From Candidatus Nezhaarchaeales archaeon (GTDB lineage: Archaea > Thermoproteota > Methanomethylicia > Nezhaarchaeales > WYZ-LMO8), in the NCBI GenBank assembly GCA_038887515.1, contig JAWAKK010000001.1, positions 672,001 to 736,000 on the forward strand: 64,000 nucleotides of DNA. Direction: 5' to 3'. The translations under genes were made by a program, and so were the position numbers. The notes under the pieces are model-generated. The model was not told the origin of the DNA. It did no database searches and saw only the letters and a program-made list of their open reading frames with translations. Of this stretch, positions 19,738-30,016 are shown in pieces; position 1 is the first letter of the stretch, and every line of letters begins with the position of its first letter.

Positions 19738-20298
19738 CTACATGTAAGACCCTAAGAGGTCCGCGAGCTTTCTCTCAAATATCTTATACGTATCGTTATC
19801 GTAGAGGCACACTATGACTTCTTCTAGATTTGTGTTACCTCTAAGGTACTCTATTATCGTTTTAAGCATTATTTCAGCACATCTATCCTTTGGAAAGCCG
19901 AAAGTACCTGCCGAAATTGCTGGAAAGGCTATCGACTTAATGTCCCTCTCATCAGCCCTCCTCAAGCTATTGAGGGTTGCGTTCTTCAATTTATCGTCCT
20001 CGCCTCCTTCACCATATCTAGGTCCTACCGCGTGTATGACGTACTTCGCCTCAAGTTTACCAGCCTTAGTAACCACTGCTTCTCCAACGGGACAGTAGCC
20101 TATCTTATCGCATTCTTCTTGGATTTCACGGCCTCCTTTCCTTAAAATGGCGCCTGCTACTCCTCCTCCAAGCTTTAACCTCTCGTTCGCAGCGTTTACT
20201 ATTGCATCTACCTTCAGCTCAGTTATATCTCCTCTAGCTAATTTTAGCTTCCTACCATTAATTTTGACCTCACGTAAAATCTCGACCATCACCAACAC
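19738..20298 (-). CDS. Macro domain (ADP-ribose binding/hydrolase) protein
   Basis: GDIT...DAIVNAAN..L..GGGVAGAI, VIHAVGP, SIAFPAISAGTFGFP. Confidence 0.93.
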   Translation of the reverse strand: MLVMVEILREVKINGRKLKLARGDITELKVDAIVNAANERLKLGGGVAGAILRKGGREIQEECDKIGYCPVGEAVVTKAGKLEAKYVIHAVGPRYGEGGEDDKLKNATLNSLRRADERDIKSIAFPAISAGTFGFPKDRCAEIMLKTIIEYLRGNTNLEEVIVCLYDNDTYKIFERKLADLLGSYM

Positions 20299-20368
20299 CG
20301 AAGACTATTTGCGTGTAAAAGGAGTAATGTAAAAAGGAGGTTTAAAAATGCGTGGAAGTAATGCTTCT

Positions 20369-21871
20369 CTACCACCATCTCTGCATGATCACTTTTCTGT
20401 CCGTAAAGAAGTCCAGCGCATCCATTTGTCCATGCAATACGCCGTAGAAGCTCTTCTTGCGTCCAGGGAACGGGAAGAACTGTTGCGGCTGGGCTACGGC
20501 CATATTTATGGCAATGTTTCCGGCTTGTATTCTCCTTGCAAATTCTCTAGCCCACTTTCCGCTTGACGTATATATTGTCCCAGTATTGCCATAAATTCCG
20601 CTATTAGCTATCTCGACTGCCTCTTCAAAGCTTGACGCCCTAATTACAGGCATGACTGGTCCGAATATCTCTTCCCTAGCTATCTCCATGTCTGGTGCTA
20701 CATCCACGAGTATTGTGGGACCTAAGTAAAAGCCGTTAGAGTATGGCTCCTCAACCTTGTACTTGCGGCCGTCTATTAGAGGCTTAGCGCCTTCGTTTAT
20801 AGCTCGCTCTATCATTCCACTTATCCTTTCCTTAGCTTTCGCAGAAACTATAGCACCCATGTCGGTTGTCTCAAGAAGTTGATAGCCCACTTTTATCCTC
20901 TTAGTCCTTTCCACTATCATTCCCATGAATTTATCGTAGGCATCTCCAACCGTTATAAGGAGACCTGGCGCTAGACATCTCTGGCCACACATATCAAAGA
21001 AGCCTCCAACTATGTTTTCAACGGAAGGTTCTGGGACAGCGTCGGGCATCAGTAGTACAGGGTTTTTAGCACCGCACTGACAAAGCGCTCTCTTGCCATG
21101 GGAGCATGCTAGCGTGTACACCTTCTCGCCTACCGGGGTAGAGCCTACAAATGCTACACCTGCGACTTCAGGATGTGTGATTAAGGCTTGGCTTGCTGAC
21201 GCATCACCGTGAATTAAGTTAACAACGCCAGGCGGATATCCTGCTTCTCGAAATAGCTTTACGAAGTACGTTGTTGGCGTTGGATCCAGTTCGCTTGGCT
21301 TTATGACAACGGTATTGCCTAACGTTATCGCAAGCGGGACAAACCACATCGGTATCATTATCGGAAAATTAAATGGTGTTACTACAGCAAAAACTCCTAT
21401 AGGTTCTCTAACCACTTCCATGTCTATCTCGGGCTCGGTTCTAGCCACATTCATTATTTTACGAACAAACGCCATGAGGTGGGGCGTGCCTAGCGCAGCA
21501 TCAACTGCTTCCAGCGCTCTACGAACTTCCGCTATACCCTCTTTAACGGTCTTCCCCACATTTTGCGCTAAGAGCTTGGCGAGCTCGTTCACCCTTTGCT
21601 CCATCAAAATCTTAAGTTTAACTAAGAACTGCAACCTATCGAATACCGGCAATTTAGACCACTTTTCGAACGCGTCTGCAGCTGCTCTCACGACCTTGTC
21701 TACGTCTCTCTTAGATGAGGCCGGTACTTCAGATATCACTTTACCCAGCCCTGGGTCGTAGGATGTCATGTACGCGTCTGTGTCTGCCTCCACGTACTCA
21801 TTGTTTACAAAGTTTGGCAACTTCCCATAGTAACTTGAAAAGCCCTTTATCTCTTCAACCATTAAAGACAC
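20369..21871 (-). CDS. Aldehyde dehydrogenase, methylmalonate-semialdehyde dehydrogenase-like (CoA-acylating)
   Basis: TPFNFP, KPSE, FVGSTPVG, GAKNP (no general-base Glu, as in MSDH), GQRCLA, EEIFGPV. Confidence 0.85.
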   Translation of the reverse strand: MSLMVEEIKGFSSYYGKLPNFVNNEYVEADTDAYMTSYDPGLGKVISEVPASSKRDVDKVVRAAADAFEKWSKLPVFDRLQFLVKLKILMEQRVNELAKLLAQNVGKTVKEGIAEVRRALEAVDAALGTPHLMAFVRKIMNVARTEPEIDMEVVREPIGVFAVVTPFNFPIMIPMWFVPLAITLGNTVVIKPSELDPTPTTYFVKLFREAGYPPGVVNLIHGDASASQALITHPEVAGVAFVGSTPVGEKVYTLACSHGKRALCQCGAKNPVLLMPDAVPEPSVENIVGGFFDMCGQRCLAPGLLITVGDAYDKFMGMIVERTKRIKVGYQLLETTDMGAIVSAKAKERISGMIERAINEGAKPLIDGRKYKVEEPYSNGFYLGPTILVDVAPDMEIAREEIFGPVMPVIRASSFEEAVEIANSGIYGNTGTIYTSSGKWAREFARRIQAGNIAINMAVAQPQQFFPFPGRKKSFYGVLHGQMDALDFFTDRKVIMQRWW

Positions 21872-21970
21872 CTCTACACGCTTTTATCTCCCTGCTATAG
21901 CCAATTTAGCTTTTACTGCAGTTATCGTCACATAAGAGGCCGAGCTAGAACATTGCAACCTCTATATGCA

Positions 21971-22501
21971 TCAATACTCTATCCCCTTCCTAGCTTCGAC
22001 TCCGAGCCTATGGGGATGCTTTATTTCTCTCATCTCCGTAACTAAGTCGGCTATCTCTATAAGCTCTTTAGGTGCACTACGTCCCGTCAGCACGACCACC
22101 GTTTCCTCTGGGACTTGCTTTAATAGCCTTAAGACCTCCTCTACCTTTACAAGACCTATAGCTGCCGCTAAGTTTACTTCATCTAGAACGAGAACCCTAG
22201 GCTTCTTTTTAAGGACCTCCTCAGCGAACTCCAAAGCTCTCTTGGCAAGTTCAAAATCGATCGGTTGAGGGTTATTTAAATCCACGAACTCCTCTCTACC
22301 AAACTGATAAATTTCGTATTCAGGTTGCAATCTATCCTTTACCTTGTATTCTCCCACGTCCTTTCTACCCTTCATAAATTGAATTATGACCACCTTGTAT
22401 CCATGACCTACAGCCCTTAAGGCTAAGCCAAAAGCTATCAGCGTCTTGCCCTCACCGTTGCCAGTATACAAGTGAATGAAGCCTCTATTCACCGATTGCA
22501 C
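21971..22501 (-). CDS. cobO: Cob(I)yrinate a,c-diamide adenosyltransferase
   Basis: YTGNGEGKT, QFMKG, LVLDEVN, VLTGR, ADLVTEM..IKHP...G..A.KGIEY. Confidence 0.93.
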   Translation of the reverse strand: MQSVNRGFIHLYTGNGEGKTLIAFGLALRAVGHGYKVVIIQFMKGRKDVGEYKVKDRLQPEYEIYQFGREEFVDLNNPQPIDFELAKRALEFAEEVLKKKPRVLVLDEVNLAAAIGLVKVEEVLRLLKQVPEETVVVLTGRSAPKELIEIADLVTEMREIKHPHRLGVEARKGIEY

Positions 22502-22508
22502 CTCAATT

Positions 22509-24605
22509 TCATAGCAGGCATGTTCCTTTAGGGCACTGTTCTAGGTATTCCATGCTTAATGCTATCGACGCATCCTCCCCCGGCTCTAGACCGACATAAA
22601 GCACTTGCTCGGGTTTACTTCCATACCTATATACTGTAATACCTTTACACCTTAGCTTGTAGGCTAACATAAAGACCTTCCGAACGACGTCTAGGCTTGC
22701 TTCATGTCTAAGGTTTACGGTCTTGGCTACGGCGTTATCGACGTGCCTCTGAAACGTCGCCTGCATCTTGACGTGCCATTCTGGATCTATGTCTAAGGCC
22801 GTAGCTACGAGCCTCTTAACGTCCTCAGGTACCCCAGCTATTTCTCTCAGCGACCCTGTCTTGGCTACCTTAATTATAAGGTCTCGACTATAAATACCTC
22901 TTTCTCTTATAACCCTCTCGAATATCGGATTTATCTCTATGAAGTTTACCCCTCCAAACGCTCTCCTTACGTAAATTGGGGCGAATAGAGGTTCTATACC
23001 GCTAGAGGTACCGGCTATTATGCTTATAGTGCCTGTAGGAGCTATAGACGTAATTGTAGCGTTCCTAAGAGCGTCATAGCCTTCAGCCCTCCATCGACTT
23101 TCATCAAAAGTAGGGAAAACCCCTCTTTCTAGGGCTAGCTCTCTTGATGCTTTCTTTCCTTCAGATGATATGAAGTCCATGACCTTATCCGCTACGTTGA
23201 GGGCTTTATCAGAATCGTAGGGTATTCCTAGCTTGAGTAACATATCGGCAAAACCCATGACTCCTAGACCTATCTTCCTGTTCAACTTGGTCATATGCTC
23301 TATTTGAGGTAGCGGGTACCTATTGACGTCTATGACGTTATCTAAGAAGTGGACCCCTATCCAGACGAGCTCGCGAAGCTTGTCCCAATCTATATCATTA
23401 TTCTTAATTACCTTAGAAAGGTTAATTGACCCTAAGTTGCATGCTTCGAAGGGTAGTAGCGGGACCTCGCCGCAGGGATTTGTTGCTTCTATTTCACCTA
23501 GTTTTGGAGTAGGATTTTTCCTGTTAATTTCATCTATGAAGATTAGCCCTGGATCTCCAACCCTCCACGACATGTCGACTATAAGCTCGAAGAGGTCTTT
23601 AGCGCTAATAGTTTTGACTGGTTCCTTGGTTCTCGGATTTACGAGCTCTATTGAGCCTCCCGTTTCTGCCATTTGCATGAATTTGTCGGTCACCGCGACA
23701 GATATGTTAAAGTTTCTAAAGCTAACTCCATCACTCTTCGCAGTTACGAACTCTCTTATGTCAGGGTGATCTACCCTCAAAACCCCCATGTTCGCTCCCC
23801 TCCTTTTGCCTCCTTGCTTTATGACGTCAGTCGCAACGTCAAAGATTTTCATGAATGAGACCGGGCCGGATGCGACACCCATAGTTGATTTGACTACGTC
23901 CCCCCTAGGCCTTAGCTTAGAGAATGAGAAGCCTGTTCCGCCGCCCGACTTATGGATTATAGCCATGTATTTGAGGGCATCAAATATGCCTTCAATAGAA
24001 TCATCTATTGGTAGCACGAAGCATGCCGCGAGCTGACCTATCTGCGTTCCAGCATTCATTAATGTAGGGCTGTTGGGCAAGAACTCAAGGTTCCTCATGG
24101 CATTAAAGAACTTCTTCTCCGCCACGTCAGGATTTAAATTGTAGAAGGAGTCCGCCCTAGCTACTGCCTTTGCTACTCTCATGAACATTTGGCTTGGAGT
24201 CTCGACGATCCTACCTCCTTCGTCTCTTAACAAGTACCTCCTCGCAAGAACTCTAACTGCGTTTATAGTTAGCTTAAGGTCATCCTCTACGCCCAAGAGC
24301 CTCTTGACTTCCCTTATGCTTGTCCTCCACCTCCTGTAAAGGATGTATGCTTTAGCCGTATTTACCAGCCCATGTTTTATTAGAGTGTCCTCTACTATGT
24401 CCTGTATTTCTTCAACTGATGGCGTTTGTCCAACAAATTTCTGATTTAAAGTTGCCACGACCTCGTCGCTAAGTCTCTTAGCCAGCTCATAACCTCCTTC
24501 ACCTGTAGTACTTAAGGCCTTGTATATCGCATTTGTTATCTTTTGAGGATCGAATTTTTCGAGTCTCCCATCCCTCTTCCTTACGTTCTCGATGGTAAGG
24601 ACCAT
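22509..24605 (-). CDS. nrdJ: Class II (adenosylcobalamin-dependent) ribonucleotide reductase with ATP cone
   Basis: VRKRDG ATP cone, PNSPTLMNAG, LAACF, GGGTG, QGGKRRGANM, TNPCGE, ACNLGSINL, IAPTGTISIIA; adjacent to cobO. Confidence 0.93.
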   Translation of the reverse strand: MVLTIENVRKRDGRLEKFDPQKITNAIYKALSTTGEGGYELAKRLSDEVVATLNQKFVGQTPSVEEIQDIVEDTLIKHGLVNTAKAYILYRRWRTSIREVKRLLGVEDDLKLTINAVRVLARRYLLRDEGGRIVETPSQMFMRVAKAVARADSFYNLNPDVAEKKFFNAMRNLEFLPNSPTLMNAGTQIGQLAACFVLPIDDSIEGIFDALKYMAIIHKSGGGTGFSFSKLRPRGDVVKSTMGVASGPVSFMKIFDVATDVIKQGGKRRGANMGVLRVDHPDIREFVTAKSDGVSFRNFNISVAVTDKFMQMAETGGSIELVNPRTKEPVKTISAKDLFELIVDMSWRVGDPGLIFIDEINRKNPTPKLGEIEATNPCGEVPLLPFEACNLGSINLSKVIKNNDIDWDKLRELVWIGVHFLDNVIDVNRYPLPQIEHMTKLNRKIGLGVMGFADMLLKLGIPYDSDKALNVADKVMDFISSEGKKASRELALERGVFPTFDESRWRAEGYDALRNATITSIAPTGTISIIAGTSSGIEPLFAPIYVRRAFGGVNFIEINPIFERVIRERGIYSRDLIIKVAKTGSLREIAGVPEDVKRLVATALDIDPEWHVKMQATFQRHVDNAVAKTVNLRHEASLDVVRKVFMLAYKLRCKGITVYRYGSKPEQVLYVGLEPGEDASIALSMEYLEQCPKGTCLL

Positions 24606-24677
24606 GGCTTATGCTCCACTAAACTTCTAGTTTTAATTTTAGACTTTGAAGCTGTTAGGCTTATCGGTCTCCACAAG

Positions 24678-24750
24678 TCTTCAGCTCGTTTCAATAAGGT
24701 TCAAAAGTGTTCAACGATTCAAGCACTTTCTTGAAGATGTCTTAATATAG
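24678..24750 (-). promoter_or_regulatory. Putative nrdJ promoter/operator: TATA-like element followed by a palindrome and 10-bp-phased TTGAA repeats
   Basis: TTCA(A) at 24680, 24690, 24700, 24710; TTCAAG-N6-CTTGAA at 24718-24735; minus-strand TATATTAA within 24741-24750. Confidence 0.4.
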
Positions 24751-24846
24751 GTAGCTAAAGGGTTCTCAACCATTAAGCTATCAAAGGGCTACTAAGCCCT
24801 ACTTTGCCAGTTCTAGCTTGCTGAAAAATGTTGATTTAACTCGCTT

Positions 24847-25650
24847 TTAAGAGAACTGTATCCCCGCATTTATGAAGGATTGCCTTATCGCTTTCAATAT
24901 CTGGGACCTTACTTGAGGGATCCTACGCGGATTTAGGACCTTAACTGCCACCTGCATAGTTAGCACGTCGTTACTCATATCTATTAAGTAGACTTCAGGC
25001 TCAGGCGTTGTAGCCACTTCTTTGCATTGCTTAATAGCGTCTTTGATGAGTTCTTCTGCCATATCTACGTTGACGTCACCTTTAACCCTGATGAGGATGG
25101 ATAGCTTCGATAGAACGTCAAGGGGCCTCATAGTGAAGGATTTTTTCATGAGCTCCGCGTTGGGTATATAACATACGCCATCCTCTCTAACCACTTCAGT
25201 GTAAACCGCGGTTATGTCCCTGACGTAACCTGGCTCGCCATCTATTACTACGATGTCGCCTCTCTTAAAGGGCTTATACATCATTAATGCGTAACCTGAG
25301 AGGGCATTGATTAGAACATCTTTAGATCCCAGTATCAACATTAAAATTATTGCGCCTAATATTAGGCCAAGTGCGAGGTATATTGCGCTTGAATATCCTC
25401 CAACAAACGGTACGGCTATTAGCCCTGATATTAGCATAATTATCGCTAATGCAATGTATTTCCAGAAAGAGGCTATGCCCGTCTCGACCCCAGAAACCTT
25501 GACTACCTTATCTATAACCTTCGCTATAATGAGCCTGTACAGCATGTAGGCCACCACGAATATCGCTATCACTATTAGTAAGTTTATGACGTGGCTCGGT
25601 ATGGTCTCAAGCGTCCCTACAGCCTCACCCTGTAAAAATTCTTTTAACAT
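24847..25650 (-). CDS. Small-conductance mechanosensitive channel (MscS family)
   Basis: Three TMs, then N..SG...KPFKRGDIV.I.G..G.V..I, YIPN. Confidence 0.85.
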   Translation of the reverse strand: MLKEFLQGEAVGTLETIPSHVINLLIVIAIFVVAYMLYRLIIAKVIDKVVKVSGVETGIASFWKYIALAIIMLISGLIAVPFVGGYSSAIYLALGLILGAIILMLILGSKDVLINALSGYALMMYKPFKRGDIVVIDGEPGYVRDITAVYTEVVREDGVCYIPNAELMKKSFTMRPLDVLSKLSILIRVKGDVNVDMAEELIKDAIKQCKEVATTPEPEVYLIDMSNDVLTMQVAVKVLNPRRIPQVRSQILKAIRQSFINAGIQFS

Positions 25651-26305
25651 CGTCTACCACCTCTGTCCTTGCAAGTACTAAAACCCTATCCCCTTCCTTA
25701 AGTTCAAGGTCTTGGCCTGGCATCTCTAAAGCGCCATCTCTTATTAGAGCAACTATAAGCCAGTCTCCGCTACTAGGTACTTCACTTATTTTTCTATTAA
25801 CTATCAAAGAGCCCGACGTGACCGTGAGCTCTAGTAACGAGAATGAGCCAGTTGGCGTCGTAACCTTCACGAACTCTGCTAAGAGAGGTTCTTTAACGAT
25901 TAGAGAAGCTATGTGTTCTGCCGTTAGCTCTTCGGGCGCTACGGCTTTTGTTATCCCAAGCCTTTCAGCAATTCTCGCCAACCTCTTATCACTAACCCTT
26001 ATAATTACGTTAGGGATCCCATACTCCTTAGCTATAAGTCCCGTCAATACATTGACTTCGTCTCGATCCGTAACTGCTGCCAAACCATCAGCTCCCTCTA
26101 AGCCTGCACTTTCAAGGACGTCTACGTTAGTTGCCTCCCCTTTAATAACCGTGGCATCAAGTTCCTCGGAAAGTTTCCTACATATATCTTCATTCGCTTC
26201 AACTATAATGACCTCATGGCCGTTTTCTATGAGTTTTCTTGATAATAGACTACCTACCCTACCTCCACCTACAACTATAACTCGCAAAGGAAATAAGCCC
26301 TCCAC
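25625..26305 (-). CDS. trkA: TrkA-family potassium uptake NAD-binding subunit
   Basis: IVVGGGRVG Rossmann motif, GEAT...L..AG, D.VN, C-terminal TrkA-C (GDRVLV). Confidence 0.9.
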   Translation of the reverse strand: MEGLFPLRVIVVGGGRVGSLLSRKLIENGHEVIIVEANEDICRKLSEELDATVIKGEATNVDVLESAGLEGADGLAAVTDRDEVNVLTGLIAKEYGIPNVIIRVSDKRLARIAERLGITKAVAPEELTAEHIASLIVKEPLLAEFVKVTTPTGSFSLLELTVTSGSLIVNRKISEVPSSGDWLIVALIRDGALEMPGQDLELKEGDRVLVLARTEVVDDVKRIFTG

Positions 26306-26353
26306 GAACTAACTGACAGGAAAGTTGTTTTTGTGGTACATATAAACATTTAA

Positions 26354-27880
26354 ATGGACATTAAAGGTGGCCGATCAGAATTGCTGAACCCAAGGAACTT
26401 ATTAAGAGGCTTATCCGCCATAACCATGGCCATAGGCGTGGTACTGGCTCTTCCGACAACAATAGCTGTAATCTACGCGGAGTACGGTGCGGTATTAGGC
26501 TTTGCAGCACCAATGGTAATTTTGACAAGCGTAGGCTTTATAGCTTATAGAATTTTAGGCTTTCCAGTCAAGCTGACACACGTTGAAGCGATAGTTATTT
26601 CAAGTATAGGATGGCTCTTAGCAGCGGCTTATAGCTCTATTCCCTACATCGTAGTCCTGGGCGTAAACTTCGTCGATGCTTACTTCGAGGCTATCTCTAG
26701 TTTAACGACAACCGGGATGACCATCCTACAAACACTTGAAGAGGTCCCCAAGTCAATATTGCTGTGGAGAGCTTTAGGAGAATGGATTGGCGGAGCCGGC
26801 ATAATCCTGCTTACTACTCTTTTAATCCTCAGCCGCGAGGGAATAATAGCGTGGAGGTTGTACGTATCTGAAGCTCGAGACGAGAGACTTGCTCCAACAA
26901 TTAAGGATACCATTAGGAGGATATGGTTAATATACGTATTTTACACGGCTGTGTGCGCTCTTGCCCTTATGTTCCTCGGGTTAAATTCCTTCGACGCGAT
27001 ATGCCACGCACTAGCATGCCTATCAACCGGAGGTTTCTCTACGAAAACTAGTAACGTAGGGGCATTCAATAGTGCAGCTGTCGAAATTGTGCTTGTATTA
27101 TTCATGGTAATGGGGGCCATAAGGTTCTCGCTACATCATAGGCTCTTTACAGGCGGATTAAGAGAATTTGTTAAAGATTTTGAGCTTAGAGCCTTTATTG
27201 CCATACTAGCTATAGCGTCACTAGTGATCTCACTAGACTTAGCCATTAGTTCCGGTTCAAGTTTTATTGAAGCTTTTCGCATAGGCTTTTTCCACGCTAT
27301 CTCTGTAGGAACCACAACTGGCTTTACGACCAAAGACTTAACAGTATTTCCTCCTCTAAGCAAAGTTGTCTTCCTCACGCTCATGATAGTTGGTGGATGC
27401 CTTAATTCTACAGCAGGTGGATTAAAAGTTTGGAGATTTATGGCTCTACTTAGCGTATCAAGGTATGAAGTTGAAAGGCTTTTCTTACCGCCTGGAGCGG
27501 TTAGAAGCTTAAAGGTGGGCGGCAGGATTCTAGGAGAAGACGAGATATTGAGAGTAGCAACAATATTCTTCATATACGTCCTTTTTGCGCTTATAGCTAC
27601 CGCCGCAATGGTATCATTCGAGGGCAATTTCTTAGAAAGCTTATCCGCAGTTTTATCAGCCATGGCTACGGTAGGTCCCTTCTACGGGTCGCCCATTTCC
27701 TTAAGTCTTGAGTCCAAGGTTGTATTGATAATATCAATGTGGGCAGGAAGGCTGGAACTAATTCATGCCTTCCTTCTTTTCACACCTAAACTATGGAGAA
27801 GAGAACATAGACATCTAGCTGAATTAAGTAATTCGCTGTCGCTTAGGGGCAGGTTGTCAAAAATGATATTAGGTTTCTAG
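26354..27880 (+). CDS. trkH: TrkH potassium uptake membrane protein
   Basis: [46 protein letters not shown]. Confidence 0.93.
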   Translation: MDIKGGRSELLNPRNLLRGLSAITMAIGVVLALPTTIAVIYAEYGAVLGFAAPMVILTSVGFIAYRILGFPVKLTHVEAIVISSIGWLLAAAYSSIPYIVVLGVNFVDAYFEAISSLTTTGMTILQTLEEVPKSILLWRALGEWIGGAGIILLTTLLILSREGIIAWRLYVSEARDERLAPTIKDTIRRIWLIYVFYTAVCALALMFLGLNSFDAICHALACLSTGGFSTKTSNVGAFNSAAVEIVLVLFMVMGAIRFSLHHRLFTGGLREFVKDFELRAFIAILAIASLVISLDLAISSGSSFIEAFRIGFFHAISVGTTTGFTTKDLTVFPPLSKVVFLTLMIVGGCLNSTAGGLKVWRFMALLSVSRYEVERLFLPPGAVRSLKVGGRILGEDEILRVATIFFIYVLFALIATAAMVSFEGNFLESLSAVLSAMATVGPFYGSPISLSLESKVVLIISMWAGRLELIHAFLLFTPKLWRREHRHLAELSNSLSLRGRLSKMILGF

Positions 27881-27902
27881 AAGAGGAGTTTCTCTAGAGA
27901 CT

Positions 27903-28655
27903 ATGCCCATTGAGAGAATAGAGTCAGGAATACCTGGACTTGATGAATTACTTAAGGGGGGGATCCCTAAGAGGAACGTTGTGTTACTATCCGGCGGCCC
28001 TGGAACGGGTAAGTCAATTTTCGGTCAACAATTCTTATATCATGGCCTACTTAAGAGGCAACCAGGCATTCTAGTTGCATTAGAGGAGCACCCGGTTCAG
28101 GTACGGGTCAACATGGCTCAGTTCGGCTGGGAAGTTAAGAGGTATGAATCTGAAGGGCTTTTCGCAGTAGTGGACGCGTTTACTGCTGGCATTGGCGAAG
28201 CGGCTAAGTATGAGAAGTACGTTGTTAGAGCCGTTGACGATACCCAGGCACTAATAGAAGTTCTCAGGAAAGCGATAAAGGACTTAGGAGCCGAGAGAGT
28301 AGTAATAGATTCTGTAACCACCCTCTACATGACTAAACCTGCCGTCGCAAGGAGCGTAGTAATGTTGCTAAAGCGGGTACTATCCGGGCTTGGTTGCACT
28401 TCAATACTTGTTTCTCAAGTCAGCGTCACTGAGCGAGGCTTTGGAGGTCCAGGTGTTGAGCATGCCGCTGACGGTATAATTAGGCTTGACCTCGACGAGG
28501 TCAATGGTAGGCTTTACAGGAGCATCTTAATATATAAGATGAGGGGGACAGCTCATTCCATGAACAGACACCCCTTCGACATAACCGATAAGGGGATCAT
28601 AATATATCCAGATAGAACGTTATCTGTTAGCAGAGGGAGATGGATGGAGGAGTAG
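27903..28655 (+). CDS. Single-domain KaiC-like RecA-superfamily ATPase
   Basis: [47 protein letters not shown]...PFDI. Confidence 0.9.
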   Translation: MPIERIESGIPGLDELLKGGIPKRNVVLLSGGPGTGKSIFGQQFLYHGLLKRQPGILVALEEHPVQVRVNMAQFGWEVKRYESEGLFAVVDAFTAGIGEAAKYEKYVVRAVDDTQALIEVLRKAIKDLGAERVVIDSVTTLYMTKPAVARSVVMLLKRVLSGLGCTSILVSQVSVTERGFGGPGVEHAADGIIRLDLDEVNGRLYRSILIYKMRGTAHSMNRHPFDITDKGIIIYPDRTLSVSRGRWMEE

Positions 28656-28658
28656 GAT

Positions 28659-29168
28659 ATGCCTGAGGAAGTCTCATTATCGCCTATAGGTCGGGACGAA
28701 ATACATAAGCTTGAAGTCGCTCTATTAATAGGCACGTTATTAAACCCAGAGTTCATAGAGTTGATGAAGAATCCGGAAGAAAGGCTTACGTGGGTTGACT
28801 CCCTTGCAGTTGCAGCTGCTGCACTTGCACGTGAAAAGGCCCACATGAGCATACCTCAAATAGCTGAAGAACTTGGTAGAAGCGAAGCGACAATTAGGAA
28901 TCACTTATCTAGGAAGACGAAGGCTGGTCAATTAGTTTGGCAAACATATGAAAGATTCGTAAGGGAAGGAGTCAAGTTAGACATAGAAAACTTAGTTGGG
29001 CATAGTTTAACGGAGACTTCTCGGCTAAAAAATGAAAACGAAGAATTGAAAAGGAAACTAGAAGAAGCCCAGAAAAGAGTTATGGAGTTGTCGCAACAGA
29101 TCCAAGAGTTATCGAGAAAGATTAGCCTTGCGAAGTCGGGGCTTCAAAGGCTCCTCGAGGAACTTTAA
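28659..29168 (+). CDS. KaiC-associated HTH regulator with C-terminal coiled coil
   Basis: ERLTWVDSLAVAAAALARE...IAEELGRSEATIRNHL...TKAG, then a heptad-repeat coiled coil. Confidence 0.8.
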   Translation: MPEEVSLSPIGRDEIHKLEVALLIGTLLNPEFIELMKNPEERLTWVDSLAVAAAALAREKAHMSIPQIAEELGRSEATIRNHLSRKTKAGQLVWQTYERFVREGVKLDIENLVGHSLTETSRLKNENEELKRKLEEAQKRVMELSQQIQELSRKISLAKSGLQRLLEEL

Positions 29169-30016
29169 AGTTCTTTCACAATCCTCCTCCTAAACCTAAC
29201 AAGTTCTTTACATTTCCTTCTCTTAGGCGAGACTAATAACGCTAGTAAATAAGCGACTGAAGCTGTAATTCCTATGAGGGCACTCGTGGTTACGTTAAGG
29301 ATCAACGATAGAATGAAACCGGAAATCCCTGATGAAATAGATATTAAGAGCGATAGAAGGAGCAACCTCTCTAAGTTATGTGAGAACTCGTAGGCTGAAG
29401 CAGCCGGAGCAATTAGCAGCACGACGGCCAAGATTATGCCCACAACTTTGATTGCTACAACAGAAAATAAAGCTATCAAAATTATCATGGTGTAGTGGTA
29501 TAAAGAAGTCCTCAAGCCCATGGCCTCGGCCCCTTCAGGGTCGAAAGTTATGAACTTAAATTCATCGTAGAAGAGGGCTACTAAGCAAAGTGTTGATGCG
29601 GCAACAATCATCAGCGTGTAGAGATCTATTAGCGAGACGCCTAGCACATCGCCAACTATGAAGGACCAAGCCGTAGCCGTATGCGTACGAGCTAAAGAAA
29701 GAAAGAGTACAGCTAATGCTGTTGAGAGGCCGAATATCATTCCTATGAAAACGTCGGCCTTCCTCTCATTACCTTGACTGACGTAAGCCGTAATCCCCGA
29801 GAACCCTAAACTCATCGCTAAAGCCCCTAATAACGGGTTCACCCCATAGACGGCTGCTATTGACGCTCCAGCAAACGATGAGTGAGTTATGGCCGCACTA
29901 AGCGTTGAAAAGCCCTTCAAGACGGTAAAAGCTCCTACTACGCTCGAAATTATTGAAGCTATTATCACTGCCACAAATGGGTTCAACATGGAGTGATGCA
30001 GTAAAAGGTCAAGCAT
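29165..30016 (-). CDS. Zn/Mn/Ni ABC transporter permease (ZnuB-like)
   Basis: ITHSSFAG, GDVLGV, TFDPEGA..MG, VVGIIL...LIAPA. Confidence 0.9.
   Translation of the reverse strand: MLDLLLHHSMLNPFVAVIIASIISSVVGAFTVLKGFSTLSAAITHSSFAGASIAAVYGVNPLLGALAMSLGFSGITAYVSQGNERKADVFIGMIFGLSTALAVLFLSLARTHTATAWSFIVGDVLGVSLIDLYTLMIVAASTLCLVALFYDEFKFITFDPEGAEAMGLRTSLYHYTMIILIALFSVVAIKVVGIILAVVLLIAPAASAYEFSHNLERLLLLSLLISISSGISGFILSLILNVTTSALIGITASVAYLLALLVSPKRRKCKELVRFRRRIVKEL

Noticed and set aside
22509-24605. Intein in NrdJ (also checked LeuS and TFB)
   Set aside because: Lengths are normal, with no C/S...HN-C/S/T splice junctions or LAGLIDADG blocks.
24606-24846. Cobalamin riboswitch upstream of nrdJ-cobO
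   Set aside because: No B12-box or GGGAA core and too AT-rich; only the short phased repeats and a 6-bp hairpin (AGGGCT-N4-AGCCCT) are evident.
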